38,866 bases of DNA, from positions 124,001 through 162,866 of the forward strand of contig JBEKXF010000005.1 in the NCBI GenBank assembly GCA_049512315.1, read 5' to 3'. Numbering within the stretch: position 1 is the stretch's first letter; each line of letters opens with the position of its first letter. Shown in pieces: positions 1-11,230 of the stretch. The translations under genes were made by a program, and so were the position numbers. Source of the stretch: Candidatus Aminicenantales bacterium (GTDB lineage Bacteria > Acidobacteriota > Aminicenantia > Aminicenantales > Saccharicenantaceae). The notes beneath the pieces were generated by a model. That model had not been told where the DNA came from. It searched no databases and was given only the letters and a program-made list of their open reading frames with translations.

Positions 1-729
1 GTCGTAGCAGAAAATGACTTGGTTGTCGTTGTCGCGCAGGGCTTTTTCGGAGGGGAGGCCGAGCTCGCGGGCCATGACGGCCTCTTCGTAGCTCCGCCGG
101 TAGTCGGCCCGGTGGCTCTCGACCTGGGAGTGGAAATAGTGGTAGAAGCCGCAGGCGAAATCCCCGGCCTCGAGTTTCTCGATCGTCCTGACCGCGTCGG
201 CGAGGGCCCGGCTCCTTTCTCTTTCGCTGAGCTGGAGCGCCCGGGCCAAGGTCAGGTCGGCGTATCTTTGGGCCGCGGCGAGCCGGACGGGCTTGAACGC
301 AGATTTGCTCAGGAGATTTTCATAAGCGCGGAGGGCTGGCTCCTTGAGCCCAAGCTCCTCGAACGAGATGGCCAGACCGAGGAGCGAGGCGTCCGAGGCC
401 CAAGCCTCTCCCGTCTCGAACCCCAGGCCGGAGGCCTTGATGAAACTCGCCTCCGCGTCCCGCCAGAGCCCGAGGCTTGCCTCGGCCATCCCCTTGAGCA
501 TGTACGCCTGGCCCGACGGGTTCCTCCGGGCTTCCATCCCGGCCTCGGCCAGGGCGCGCTTGTAAGCGGCGACTGCCGGCTCCGTCTGATAGAGCCGGGA
601 AAACTCCTGGGCTTCCGTGTAGGCGGTCTTGGCGTTCCGGAGATGGGTCGCGCAGGCCGCGCAGAGGACAAGGGCCAGGGCCGAGACGGCTAGGAAGCCA
701 GGTCTTCGCGTCCGCACGTTCGTCATCAT
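1..729 (-). CDS. Putative lipoprotein with helical/TPR-like repeats (runs off the window edge)
   Basis: Not in the ORF track; translated by hand as MMTNVRTRRPGFLAVSALALVLCAAC-ATHLRNAKTAY..., open to position 1. Has a signal peptide with a lipobox-like Cys and an ATGA overlap with the upstream gene. Confidence 0.75.
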   Translation of the reverse strand, partial: MMTNVRTRRPGFLAVSALALVLCAACATHLRNAKTAYTEAQEFSRLYQTEPAVAAYKRALAEAGMEARRNPSGQAYMLKGMAEASLGLWRDAEASFIKASGLGFETGEAWASDASLLGLAISFEELGLKEPALRAYENLLSKSAFKPVRLAAAQRYADLTLARALQLSERERSRALADAVRTIEKLEAGDFACGFYHYFHSQVESHRADYRRSYEEAVMARELGLPSEKALRDNDNQVIFCYD

Positions 730-1319
730 CTGCTTTTCGCGCTCTTGGCCGCCTTCTTCTTGACGGCCCGGATGACCGCGTTCTGGACCTCCTCGTCCTT
801 GAGAAGATGGATGCCGAGAGCAGCGAGTTCCGCCCCGAGGTTCTCCAGGGCCGCCCAGAAATGGGTGCTCTCCTCGGCGGACCTGATGTCTTCCCTGGCC
901 TTGGTTGCCCGCGATTCGAACTCGGCCGCGATCTTCCGGTAATCGCTGGCAGCGAGCTCTTTCTTGAAGAGCGCCTTGAGGAAGGCGTCCTCGAGGCCGC
1001 AGACCGGATAGAGGGCGGGGAAGGCCGCGCGCAGGGCCTTCATGTCCCGGGCCGAGACCTCGTCCGCGTAGGCCCGGCCGAGCGCTTCGTGGCTCCGGAA
1101 GAAATGGAGGATGAACTCGTCCGGCTTCGTCCGGACCTCCTCGGGGTCGAGCCAGACCTGCCAGGAGAAAATCCTCTCCCGGTAGTCGAAGACGCGGCGC
1201 ACGGCCCAGACGCAGGCGGAATAGAGGATGGGGAAAAAGAGATAGGTCTTGACCGGCAGGAATTCGTTGAGGATCTCCACCCCGCGGGCCAGGGCGCTCT
1301 CGATGTCCTTCTTGCTCAT
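726..1319 (-). CDS. Hypothetical protein
   Basis: ORF beginning MSKKDIES with a GAGGGG SD; host-like codon usage; coupled to the downstream lipoprotein gene. Confidence 0.75.
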   Translation of the reverse strand: MSKKDIESALARGVEILNEFLPVKTYLFFPILYSACVWAVRRVFDYRERIFSWQVWLDPEEVRTKPDEFILHFFRSHEALGRAYADEVSARDMKALRAAFPALYPVCGLEDAFLKALFKKELAASDYRKIAAEFESRATKAREDIRSAEESTHFWAALENLGAELAALGIHLLKDEEVQNAVIRAVKKKAAKSAKSR

Positions 1320-1421
1320 GCCCCTCGTCCCTTTTCTACCGCACTTCTGAGAATTAATCAATAAGCGGAGGGAATCTCCCGAGCAGAACCTCAGGGAATC
1401 GCGGAGGCCGTCTCCGAAAGC

Positions 1422-3212
<1,791 letters not shown>

Positions 3213-3264
3213 GGAAACACTTATAATCGCAGAATTCCCCCGGCCCGTCAAACGCCTCCTTCGA

Positions 3265-3293
3265 TTGACATTTCCAGGGCGGGCGAGTATCTT
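3265..3293 (+). promoter_or_regulatory. Sigma70-type promoter for tatA/ROK
   Basis: TTGACA-17 bp-TATCTT upstream of tatA. Confidence 0.6.
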
Positions 3294-3356
3294 TGAGGGG
3301 AGTATTTGTGTTTCGAAACGGGCGTCCATCGAGAACAAGACCTCAAGGAGGTTCAC

Positions 3357-3551
3357 ATGCTAGGATCCATCGGGCCGACCGAACTGATACTGATTCTCTT
3401 GATCGTGCTCATCCTCTTCGGCGGCAAGAAACTGGGCAATCTCGGCAAGTCTCTCGGAGAGGGCATCAAGAATTTCAAGGATTCCATAAACGAAGGCAAG
3501 GAAGCCAAAAAGGATGATACTCCCAAGAATCCCCAGCCCCCCGCGAATTGA
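3357..3551 (+). CDS. tatA: Twin-arginine translocase subunit TatA/TatE
   Basis: [41 protein letters not shown] with an AAGGAGG SD. Confidence 0.95.
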   Translation: MLGSIGPTELILILLIVLILFGGKKLGNLGKSLGEGIKNFKDSINEGKEAKKDDTPKNPQPPAN

Positions 3552-3601
3552 TCCGGCCCCGCCGCTGACGACCGGAAGCTTTTCCCCGCCCGGATAACAC
3601 C

Positions 3602-4528
3602 ATGCCCGCAAAAAAAGCCTCCTATTATGCGGGCTTCGACCTCGGCGGCACCCAGCTCAAGTATGGAGCCATCGACGCCGACGGCCGTCTCGTCCTCAAA
3701 GGGAAGATCCCGAGCCCCGGCTCCATGGAGGATCTCCTGGCGGCCATCGAAGGGATCTGGGGACGGCTCAAGGCCGACGGCCCCGGCCGGATCCGGGCCT
3801 GCGGCTTCGGCTTCGCCGGGTTCTTCAGCCTGAGGGACCAGAAGATCCTCCATTCTCCCAACTATCCGAGCCTCAACAATTTCGATCTCGTCCCCGCCCT
3901 CAGGAAGTTCATCGACGTCCCGTTCTGGATCGACAACGATGCCAACATGGCCGCCTACGGGGAATACAGGCACGGCGCCGGCCGGGGAATGCAGAGCCTT
4001 GTCCTCCTCACGGTCGGGACCGGGATCGGCTCCGGGATCATCCTCGACGGCGAGCTCTGGCAGGGGAAGTGCGGCTTCGCCGGGGAGCTCGGCCACATCA
4101 CGGTGAACCCGGAAGGCGACCTCTGCAACTGCGGCAACCGGGGCTGCCTGGAGACGGAAGCGTCGGCCCCCAAAATTGTCAAGAATTACCAGGCCTTGGC
4201 CGGGAGTCGCGGCCCGGTGACCTCGCGTGATATTTATCTCCTGGCCAAGAAGGGAGACCAAGCGGCCCTTAAAAGCTTCGCCCGCTGCGCGTATTATCTC
4301 GGGATCGGGCTGGGAATCGTCATCAATTTCCTCAACCCCGAGAAGATCCTCATCGGGGGCGGGGTCATCTCGGCCGGGAAATATCTGCTGCGGCCGGCCA
4401 TCGAGGAGGCCCGGCGGAGGTCCCATCGCGTTTCATTCGCCTGCTGCCATATCGAGAAAGCTTCCCTGGGCAACGACGCGGGCCTGATCGGCGCCGCCGC
4501 CTGGGCCCGGGCCCGCGGCGCGGCATGA
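3602..4528 (+). CDS. ROK family sugar kinase (glucokinase-like)
   Basis: DLGGT, NDANMAA.GE, GTGIGSG, GELGH and CNCGNRGCLE motifs; no N-terminal HTH. Confidence 0.93.
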   Translation: MPAKKASYYAGFDLGGTQLKYGAIDADGRLVLKGKIPSPGSMEDLLAAIEGIWGRLKADGPGRIRACGFGFAGFFSLRDQKILHSPNYPSLNNFDLVPALRKFIDVPFWIDNDANMAAYGEYRHGAGRGMQSLVLLTVGTGIGSGIILDGELWQGKCGFAGELGHITVNPEGDLCNCGNRGCLETEASAPKIVKNYQALAGSRGPVTSRDIYLLAKKGDQAALKSFARCAYYLGIGLGIVINFLNPEKILIGGGVISAGKYLLRPAIEEARRRSHRVSFACCHIEKASLGNDAGLIGAAAWARARGAA

Positions 4529-4603
4529 GGGCCGGACGCCCGCCGGGGCGGGGCTCTCCAGGCGAAAATGTAACAATCCTCCTCCTCCCGGAGTTGAAAT
4601 ATT

Positions 4604-4632
4604 TTGACAACTCGCGGCGAAAAAACTATAAA
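4604..4632 (+). promoter_or_regulatory. Sigma70-type promoter for the TonB-dependent receptor
   Basis: TTGACA-17 bp-TATAAA. Confidence 0.55.
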
Positions 4633-4646
4633 TTGAGGCGGAGAAG

Positions 4647-7600
4647 TTGACAAAGGAGACCGCTTTGACCAGGAAAATATCCGTCGCTATCGCAGTCGCT
4701 CTGGCAGCGATCCTCCTCGTCCTGCCGTCCCAGGCCGGCCGCCGGTCGGGCACGCTCCGGGGAAAGATCATCGATCCTCAGGGCTTCCCCCTGTCCGGGG
4801 CCCACGTTTACGTGTCCTCCCCTTCCCTCGTCGGCGTCTATGACTTCATCACCTCCGATTCCGGTCATTACGGCCTCCTCGAGCTTTCCCCCGGGACCTA
4901 CAGGATCCTGGTCGAAATGCCCGGGTACAAGACGGTCACTATCGAGGGCATCCTTCTCGCGCCCGGCGCGACCGTCATGAAGGACTTCCGAATGGAGCCC
5001 TCCGAGATCGAGGAGGAGAAGGTCAGCCGTGAGCCCCCGGCCGGTCTCGACAAGGGGACGCCGCGGCTGGCGGCCTTCCTGGACAAGGACCTCCTCACCC
5101 GCATCCCCTTGCCTCGTGATTTTTCGGCCGTCCTGGGGCTCTTCCCGGGCCTGGTTCATGAAAACGTCGACCCCGCCGCCTATTTCTCCGTCCACGGGGC
5201 CCCGGACACAGCCAATATGTTCGAGGATGACGCCGTCAACGTGACGGACCCGGTCTCCCGGACCTCCCTCGCCCGGATCAACGTGGACGTCATCGACCAG
5301 GTCGTCATTGAAACGGCGGCCCTGCCGGCCGACCGCGGGGCGACCCAGGGGGCTTACATCAACGTTGTTCGCAAGTCCGGCGGGAACACTTTCGACGGAG
5401 GCCTTTCCTTCACGTTCACCGGCTGGGACCTCACGAAATCGCTCTGGGCCGGCAAGGACCTCGACCTCACGAGCGTGGCCGCGCCCGTCGCCGATACGAC
5501 CAATCTGGACCTGTCCCTGACCGAAGGGGGGCCCGTGATCCAGGACATCGGCTGGTTCTTCACCAATCTTCGCTTCAAGTCCAGATCGCTCGCAGGCCCG
5601 GCCGCGACCTGGAAGGACCCCCTCGGCTACACCCATTTTCCCTACGAATGGAGCGACACGAACCTCTCCTGGACCTTTAAGCTTTCGGCCCACGTCACCC
5701 CGAAGTTCAAGGGGATGCTCGAAGCGGACTTCTCCTCGGTCCACCAGCCCAAGTATGAGTCCGACATCGCCTGGAACAGGCCCGCCGACTCCACCCGGAG
5801 CCTCTCCAGCCAGCCCTCGTTCATGGCGAGGGCGGGACTGGTCTACACGATGGACCAGAGGATGACCGTCGACCTTTCCCTCGGATACATGAACAGGCAG
5901 CAGTCCATCCTCCTGAACCCGGCCACGGCCGACAGCCCGGAATATTTCGACAGCGGGACCGGATACACCTGGGGAAGCGGGTCTTATAATGACCATGAGA
6001 AGCGGAAGCGCCTCGGGGCCCGCGCGGCCATCACCCGGCTGGTGGACAATGCTCTCGGCTCGAGCCACGAGCTCGCGGCCGGCGTCGATTACGAAAGCTC
6101 GACCGGCCAGTCCTCGGTGTGGAAAGCCGATAACCTGATCATGAATTATTTCAACGGCAGCCCTTATGCCTTCGGCCAAACCGTGTCCCCGGCCTCCGGA
6201 AACTCGGTCGGAACGGGCTGGGTCGCCTTCTCGGTCATTCCGGCGGCTCAAGGAGACCTGGCGACCTCCAGGCAGCTCACGCATCTCGGCTTTTTCGCCC
6301 AGGACACGATGAACTTCGGCAGCCGCGTCGTCCTCTCCCTCGGCCTCCGCTTCGACCGGTCGGACACCCAATTCCTCTCGTTATACAAGGGCGCGGTCGG
6401 GAACGCCGTCGCCATCGCCCTCGGAACGGACCTCATCGAGCCCGTTTACGGGTTCAGCCCGTTCGGTGCGCTCAGTTTTTCCGAGTGGGACAACGTGATC
6501 ACCTGGAATTCTCTGTCCCCGCGCGTCGGCCTGAGCTTCGACCTCTTCGGCACGGGAAAGACCCTTCTCAAAGGCTCCTTCTCGAGGCTTCCCGAAGAGC
6601 TCGGCCTGGGCTATTCCGTGAACCTCGACCCCGTCCCCATCACGAGGGTCCACAATTTCACCTGGTACGACGAGAACGGTGACGGCTTGGTGGACACGGA
6701 CGATTCCTATATCATGTTTCCCGAGAACTACGGCATTTACAACGCCTACAAGGCCAGGGTAGATCCCGGCCTCTCGGCTCCCATGATGAACGAATGGACC
6801 GCGGGCTTCGAGCACGAGCTCACCCGCGATTTTTCGCTCGCTGCCCGCTACATCTCCCGCTCCGAGAAGGGCGTCATCGCCGATGTTATGTACGACCCCA
6901 ACACCGGGACACCCTGGTACTCTGCCCAGGGCTCTCCGGAGGGCTGGTGGGTCCCCTTCACGACCACGGTGCCGGCGGCGGGCTCTTACCCCGATACGAG
7001 CGTGACCGTGTATCTCCGCTCGGCCTCGGCCCCCGCCGGGGCCGACAGGATCCAGAAGGTCCCCGAGCTCAACCGGAAATACGGGGGCCTCGAGTTTTCC
7101 TTCCGTAAACGGATGTCCCATAACTGGCAGCTCTACGGGTCGGTCGTCTGGAGCCGGTCGACCGGGACGGCCGGGCCGGCCTCGCTCCTCAGCGCGGGGA
7201 TATCCACGCCCCTCCTGACCCCAAATTCCTTCGTCAACGTCACGTCGGACTCGAGGACCAGTTACGACCAGCCCCTGGCCATCCGGCTGATGGGGACGTT
7301 GCGCTTCAAGTACGACATCTACCTCAGCGCCTACTACAGGTTCACGAGCGGCATGCCCTGGGCCCGGACGGTCACCATCGTCCCGCCCGCCGAATGGGCC
7401 GCGGAGCACAACGCGGACACGACGCCGGTGACCGTGTTCCTGGAAAGCCCCGGGACCCGGCGCCGCAGCACCTGGCAGACGACCGACTTCCGGCTGGAGA
7501 AAGAGTTCCTGCGCGGCGGGAAGGCGCGCTGGTCGATTTACCTCGACATCCTGAACCTGCTCGGCAACAAGTACAAGGTCGTGGATTACAACGATGGTTA

Positions 7601-7721
7601 CTGGTACCCGGACGGAGAAGGGGCGAGCCCAGGGACGCACCTCCTGAGCGGCACCTACGGCAAGGCCATCGCCCTGAGCGGGACGCGGACCGCCGTGTTC
7701 AGCGTCCGCCTAGGGTTCTAG
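4647..7721 (+). CDS. TonB-dependent receptor (Oar-like, N-terminal carboxypeptidase-regulatory-like domain)
   Basis: Signal peptide, GTLRGKIID...LSPGTY N-domain, plug region (INVVRKSGGNTFDG), LGLRFD, SPRVGLSFD, C-terminal Phe. Also a DENGDGLVD Ca-binding-type loop. Confidence 0.9.
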   Translation: MTKETALTRKISVAIAVALAAILLVLPSQAGRRSGTLRGKIIDPQGFPLSGAHVYVSSPSLVGVYDFITSDSGHYGLLELSPGTYRILVEMPGYKTVTIEGILLAPGATVMKDFRMEPSEIEEEKVSREPPAGLDKGTPRLAAFLDKDLLTRIPLPRDFSAVLGLFPGLVHENVDPAAYFSVHGAPDTANMFEDDAVNVTDPVSRTSLARINVDVIDQVVIETAALPADRGATQGAYINVVRKSGGNTFDGGLSFTFTGWDLTKSLWAGKDLDLTSVAAPVADTTNLDLSLTEGGPVIQDIGWFFTNLRFKSRSLAGPAATWKDPLGYTHFPYEWSDTNLSWTFKLSAHVTPKFKGMLEADFSSVHQPKYESDIAWNRPADSTRSLSSQPSFMARAGLVYTMDQRMTVDLSLGYMNRQQSILLNPATADSPEYFDSGTGYTWGSGSYNDHEKRKRLGARAAITRLVDNALGSSHELAAGVDYESSTGQSSVWKADNLIMNYFNGSPYAFGQTVSPASGNSVGTGWVAFSVIPAAQGDLATSRQLTHLGFFAQDTMNFGSRVVLSLGLRFDRSDTQFLSLYKGAVGNAVAIALGTDLIEPVYGFSPFGALSFSEWDNVITWNSLSPRVGLSFDLFGTGKTLLKGSFSRLPEELGLGYSVNLDPVPITRVHNFTWYDENGDGLVDTDDSYIMFPENYGIYNAYKARVDPGLSAPMMNEWTAGFEHELTRDFSLAARYISRSEKGVIADVMYDPNTGTPWYSAQGSPEGWWVPFTTTVPAAGSYPDTSVTVYLRSASAPAGADRIQKVPELNRKYGGLEFSFRKRMSHNWQLYGSVVWSRSTGTAGPASLLSAGISTPLLTPNSFVNVTSDSRTSYDQPLAIRLMGTLRFKYDIYLSAYYRFTSGMPWARTVTIVPPAEWAAEHNADTTPVTVFLESPGTRRRSTWQTTDFRLEKEFLRGGKARWSIYLDILNLLGNKYKVVDYNDGYWYPDGEGASPGTHLLSGTYGKAIALSGTRTAVFSVRLGF

Positions 7722-8711
7722 CCGGAGGTCGAGGACCTTCTTCAGCTCTTCGTCGCCCGCACGGCTCCTGACCGAAACCTGCAGGGTGAGCCTCTGGCCC
7801 CGGATCCGGCCGGAGTCTTTGTCCAGGATAAGGGGGATCTCCACACGGTAGCTCTTGCCGCTCTTCGCCTTGAGCTCGTCCTCGCTGAGGTCCAGGGCGT
7901 ACGGACCCTGGCGCGCCCAAACGGGGTGACCTGATCCGTCCCGGACCTCGACCCGGACGTCGAGGACGGTCTTCAGCCGCGCCTCCTTGAAGTCGAGCCA
8001 GAGCCCCGCGTAGGGGACGTCGATGACGATCCGTCCTTCGGAAGCGGGATCTTTAGTCCGGTCCGTGACGAATCTCACGCTGTAATCGAAGAACTTCTTG
8101 TCCTGTTCGAAGGTCTTCTGGAAACGGCCCTGGGCGACGTTGAGGGCCTGGAGGTGCTCGAGATCGATGGCTGTGAGGATGAATTGGCCCTGGCAGTGCT
8201 CGTCGATGAAGATCACGGGGAAGGCCCCATAATACCAGACTTCCCGGCAATAGCCCGACCCGTCCATGGGGTACGTCAGGCGCTCCGAGGGGGGGCCGAA
8301 AAGGATGAAGATCCGCCCCCGGTCCGTGAGGTACCCGAGCCTCCCCTCACCCCGGAAAAGATTTTCGGCGCTCCGGACCCGGCTGTCATACTCCGCCTTG
8401 AAAGCGTTCGTCTCGGAGTCGGGGTCCGGGTTCCGCCGCTCCCAGAAATCGTTGATGAACTGGTCCTTTTCGGAGTCGGGGAGCTCGAGGAAAATCTTGC
8501 GCTCCTCGGGGGTCATGATGTACTGGACCTTGGACAAAAAATCGGCGTAGGTCGGGCTGAGGCGGCGCTCCAGGCGGTAGAGCCGGCAGGCGGAGGCCGC
8601 GGCCAGGAGAAGGAGAAGAGTCCAGACGACCGTCCGGGCCCGGATTTTTCCCCGTCCGTCCGGGATTTCCGGGGGGACCGTCGTCACGATCATCAATCTC
8701 CTCCCGCCCAT
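7710..8711 (-). CDS. GWxTD-domain protein
   Basis: YIMTPEERKIF...FWERRNPDP...NAFKAEY...GYLTDRGRIFILFGPP (GYLTD variant of the motif); lipoprotein-like signal. Start uncertain. Confidence 0.88.
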   Translation of the reverse strand: MGGRRLMIVTTVPPEIPDGRGKIRARTVVWTLLLLLAAASACRLYRLERRLSPTYADFLSKVQYIMTPEERKIFLELPDSEKDQFINDFWERRNPDPDSETNAFKAEYDSRVRSAENLFRGEGRLGYLTDRGRIFILFGPPSERLTYPMDGSGYCREVWYYGAFPVIFIDEHCQGQFILTAIDLEHLQALNVAQGRFQKTFEQDKKFFDYSVRFVTDRTKDPASEGRIVIDVPYAGLWLDFKEARLKTVLDVRVEVRDGSGHPVWARQGPYALDLSEDELKAKSGKSYRVEIPLILDKDSGRIRGQRLTLQVSVRSRAGDEELKKVLDLRLEP

Positions 8712-8756
8712 TAAAGTAGTCTCACGGGAACGATAAATCAAGGCCGGGGACGCCCT

Positions 8757-10100
8757 TCAACCGGCGGCGAGGATCTTCTTGACGCTCTCGTGCTCGGCCG
8801 GCGAGGAATTCCCCTTGAGGTAGGCGAAGGCGATCTTGTTGTGAAGAAGGGGGTCGGTCGCGTCCGTCATGACGCCCCGGCAGAGCAGTGTCTCCCATTC
8901 CTCGGTCCCCGGGATCGGCGAGAAGAAAGCGACCCGGGGGGTCGCGCCGAGACCGCGGACGTAGCGGATGCTTTCCTCGACGCTCGCGGCGCCTTGGCCG
9001 GGAAGCCCCATGATCAGGTAAACGCCGATGTCCCGCTTTCCGTAGCCCGCTTCCTCCAGCGCGGCCAGCGCCTTCGGCAGGTGGTCGGGCGAGGTCTTCG
9101 GCGATTTCTCGCGGACCAGCGATTCGTCGGAGGACTCCAGGCTGAGGTAGAGCGATGTCATGCCTGAGGTGCGGAACAGGCGCGCCATCCGGCCGTCGAT
9201 CTCCCGGATGTGGAGGCCGTTCGGGGCGTGCAACCGGACCGGGTGCGCCGAGGACGCGATCCTCTCGAGCAGTGGCACGATATGCCGGTCCCTGTTGAGG
9301 AGCAGGGCATCATCATAGAAGGCGAAGTGCTCCGTCCCGAAGCGGGCGTGATGCGACTCGATCTCGGCGGCGACGGACGCGGGAGGCCTCTGTTCGAAGC
9401 CGTCGGCCAGCAAGCGGCTCGCGCAGAAGGTGCAGCGGAACGGACATCCCCGCGAGGTCAGGACGGGAAGCCAGGTCTTGTCCCTGAGCCGGACAAAGGC
9501 CGGGGGCGGCAGGGAATCGAGGCCGGAGAATTCGGCCACCGTCGGGACGCCGTCGCCGAGCACGTCCCGGAGGACGGCGAAAAGCGATCCTTCCCCCGGA
9601 CCGGAGACGACGACATCCGCCCCCGAATGGGCTTTCGCGTGCTCCGGACAGAGCGTGGCGTAAATGCCTCCGAGGATGACGGGCACGGCCCCGAACCGGC
9701 GCCTGACCAGGTCCACGGCGGCCTGGACGCCCGGATACCAGTAGGTCATCGCGCACGTCAGGAGGACGGCGTCGGGCCGGGGGGCCGCGGCGAGGGCCTC
9801 TTCGAAGAGGCCGACCGGGATCCCGTAGCGGGAAAACCGGCGCGGGATCCCCGTGAGGACGGAGGGTTTGGGGACCTCTTCCTTGGGAAAAGGGCCGCGG
9901 CCGTCCGGCTTCATCTTGGCCGGGCCGGCGAGCCCAGGGTGGAACCTGTCCAGGCAATCGATGAAGGACAGCCGGAAGGACCCGTGCCTCTCGAGAAGCG
10001 CGGCGATATAGAGGAGCCCGAGCGGCTTCAGCCAGAAATCGTAGGCCGTGAAATCGTAGATCCAGGGGTTGATGAGGAGGACGTTTTTGGAAGGGGCCAT
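8757..10100 (-). CDS. B12-binding-domain radical SAM protein
   Basis: N-terminal LLINPWIYDF...PLGLLYIAA, ILGGIYATL and TSRGCPFRCTFC (CxxxCxxC). Confidence 0.92.
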   Translation of the reverse strand: MAPSKNVLLINPWIYDFTAYDFWLKPLGLLYIAALLERHGSFRLSFIDCLDRFHPGLAGPAKMKPDGRGPFPKEEVPKPSVLTGIPRRFSRYGIPVGLFEEALAAAPRPDAVLLTCAMTYWYPGVQAAVDLVRRRFGAVPVILGGIYATLCPEHAKAHSGADVVVSGPGEGSLFAVLRDVLGDGVPTVAEFSGLDSLPPPAFVRLRDKTWLPVLTSRGCPFRCTFCASRLLADGFEQRPPASVAAEIESHHARFGTEHFAFYDDALLLNRDRHIVPLLERIASSAHPVRLHAPNGLHIREIDGRMARLFRTSGMTSLYLSLESSDESLVREKSPKTSPDHLPKALAALEEAGYGKRDIGVYLIMGLPGQGAASVEESIRYVRGLGATPRVAFFSPIPGTEEWETLLCRGVMTDATDPLLHNKIAFAYLKGNSSPAEHESVKKILAAG

Positions 10101-10548
10101 GTTCTCGCGGCGGGCCCGCCCTCGGCCCAGGCCATTCCAGGAAGGAAGATAGTGCGAGTCTTTATATAAATTTATAAACGCCCTCAGGCACACTGATTTT
10201 AGCATCCGCCTTGGACAACTTCAAGAACTCGTTACCCCGGCCTTGGCGAGAGCTTAAGGAGATTATCATAGAAAAATGTGTTTCAATGAGCACTTATATT
10301 CGAGGGGCTATCCCTTTAATCTAGTACCCTCCCCTTTCGGGGGGATAAAACCTGCTTAACAATCACCCCTCATATCATTCTTTTATGGGATTGTCTGCTG
10401 TAACTCTTTGAAATAAATATAGTTTGAAGGAGACCTATCGGGAAAGCAACGCGTCTAGAACGATAATGCCCAAGCCTTAGCATGCACGCAAGGAACAAAG
10501 AAAGGCAAAGGACGCAGGGCAAAGAGAAAATGAAAGAAGGAGAACGAC

Positions 10549-10791
10549 ATGAAACCGCTAAAATCCCTCTGGGAGATCGGGTTCATTCAGGGCATGGCTG
10601 ACGCGAAAGCCGAACTGGACGAGTTGGAAAAGACTGCGGAACGGGTCAAAACTAAAAATTGGCCGGCCTTCCGTGGCCATTTTAGAACAATACTTTCCCT
10701 CCCAAGCACCCAGTCTCTGATCTATCGAATCCACGCGGTTCTAACCCCAGACGTCTGTCCGCAGGGCATCTATTGCCCTACAAAAACATAA
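10549..10791 (+). CDS. Small hypothetical protein
   Basis: 80-aa ORF with an AAGGAG SD; first gene of the primase operon. Confidence 0.55.
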   Translation: MKPLKSLWEIGFIQGMADAKAELDELEKTAERVKTKNWPAFRGHFRTILSLPSTQSLIYRIHAVLTPDVCPQGIYCPTKT

Positions 10792-10808
10792 ATTTATAAG
10801 GAGCCGAC

Positions 10809-11063
10809 ATGAATCATCGCTCAGACCAGAGTTCGGAAGAATTCCAACCCCCAAACGCGGAGAGGGCCATCGAAAACGTCAAGGCCCAACTCGTCGAGAT
10901 GAGCGCTGAACACGAAGAGAGGGGCGCCGCTTTCAAACAGCACGGTCTCGAACAGCCAGACCGGCTCAACAACAAAATCCTGGAACTGCTGCAAGCGGTC
11001 TCGGAAGAAACCGACGCAGACCTCGGCATCGAAGCCTGCAGCCTGGTTTTCAAGGAAAAATAA
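10809..11063 (+). CDS. Hypothetical protein (possibly frameshifted, continuing to 11262)
   Basis: AAGGAG SD; stop follows an A-run, and a shifted frame stays open to 11262. Confidence 0.55.
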   Translation: MNHRSDQSSEEFQPPNAERAIENVKAQLVEMSAEHEERGAAFKQHGLEQPDRLNNKILELLQAVSEETDADLGIEACSLVFKEK

Positions 11064-11230
11064 GGGGGGTATTACGGACGCCAAGCATAAAGCCGAACTG
11101 ATCCTCATCACTGAAGATGGCACGACCTTCCTGTGCATTCGCCAGCTTCACGTAAATGACCTTCGCCCGGGGCAACTCTTTGATGGGAAGATCTATCAAG
11201 GACGGAAATCTAATCTAATGGGGGAACCCA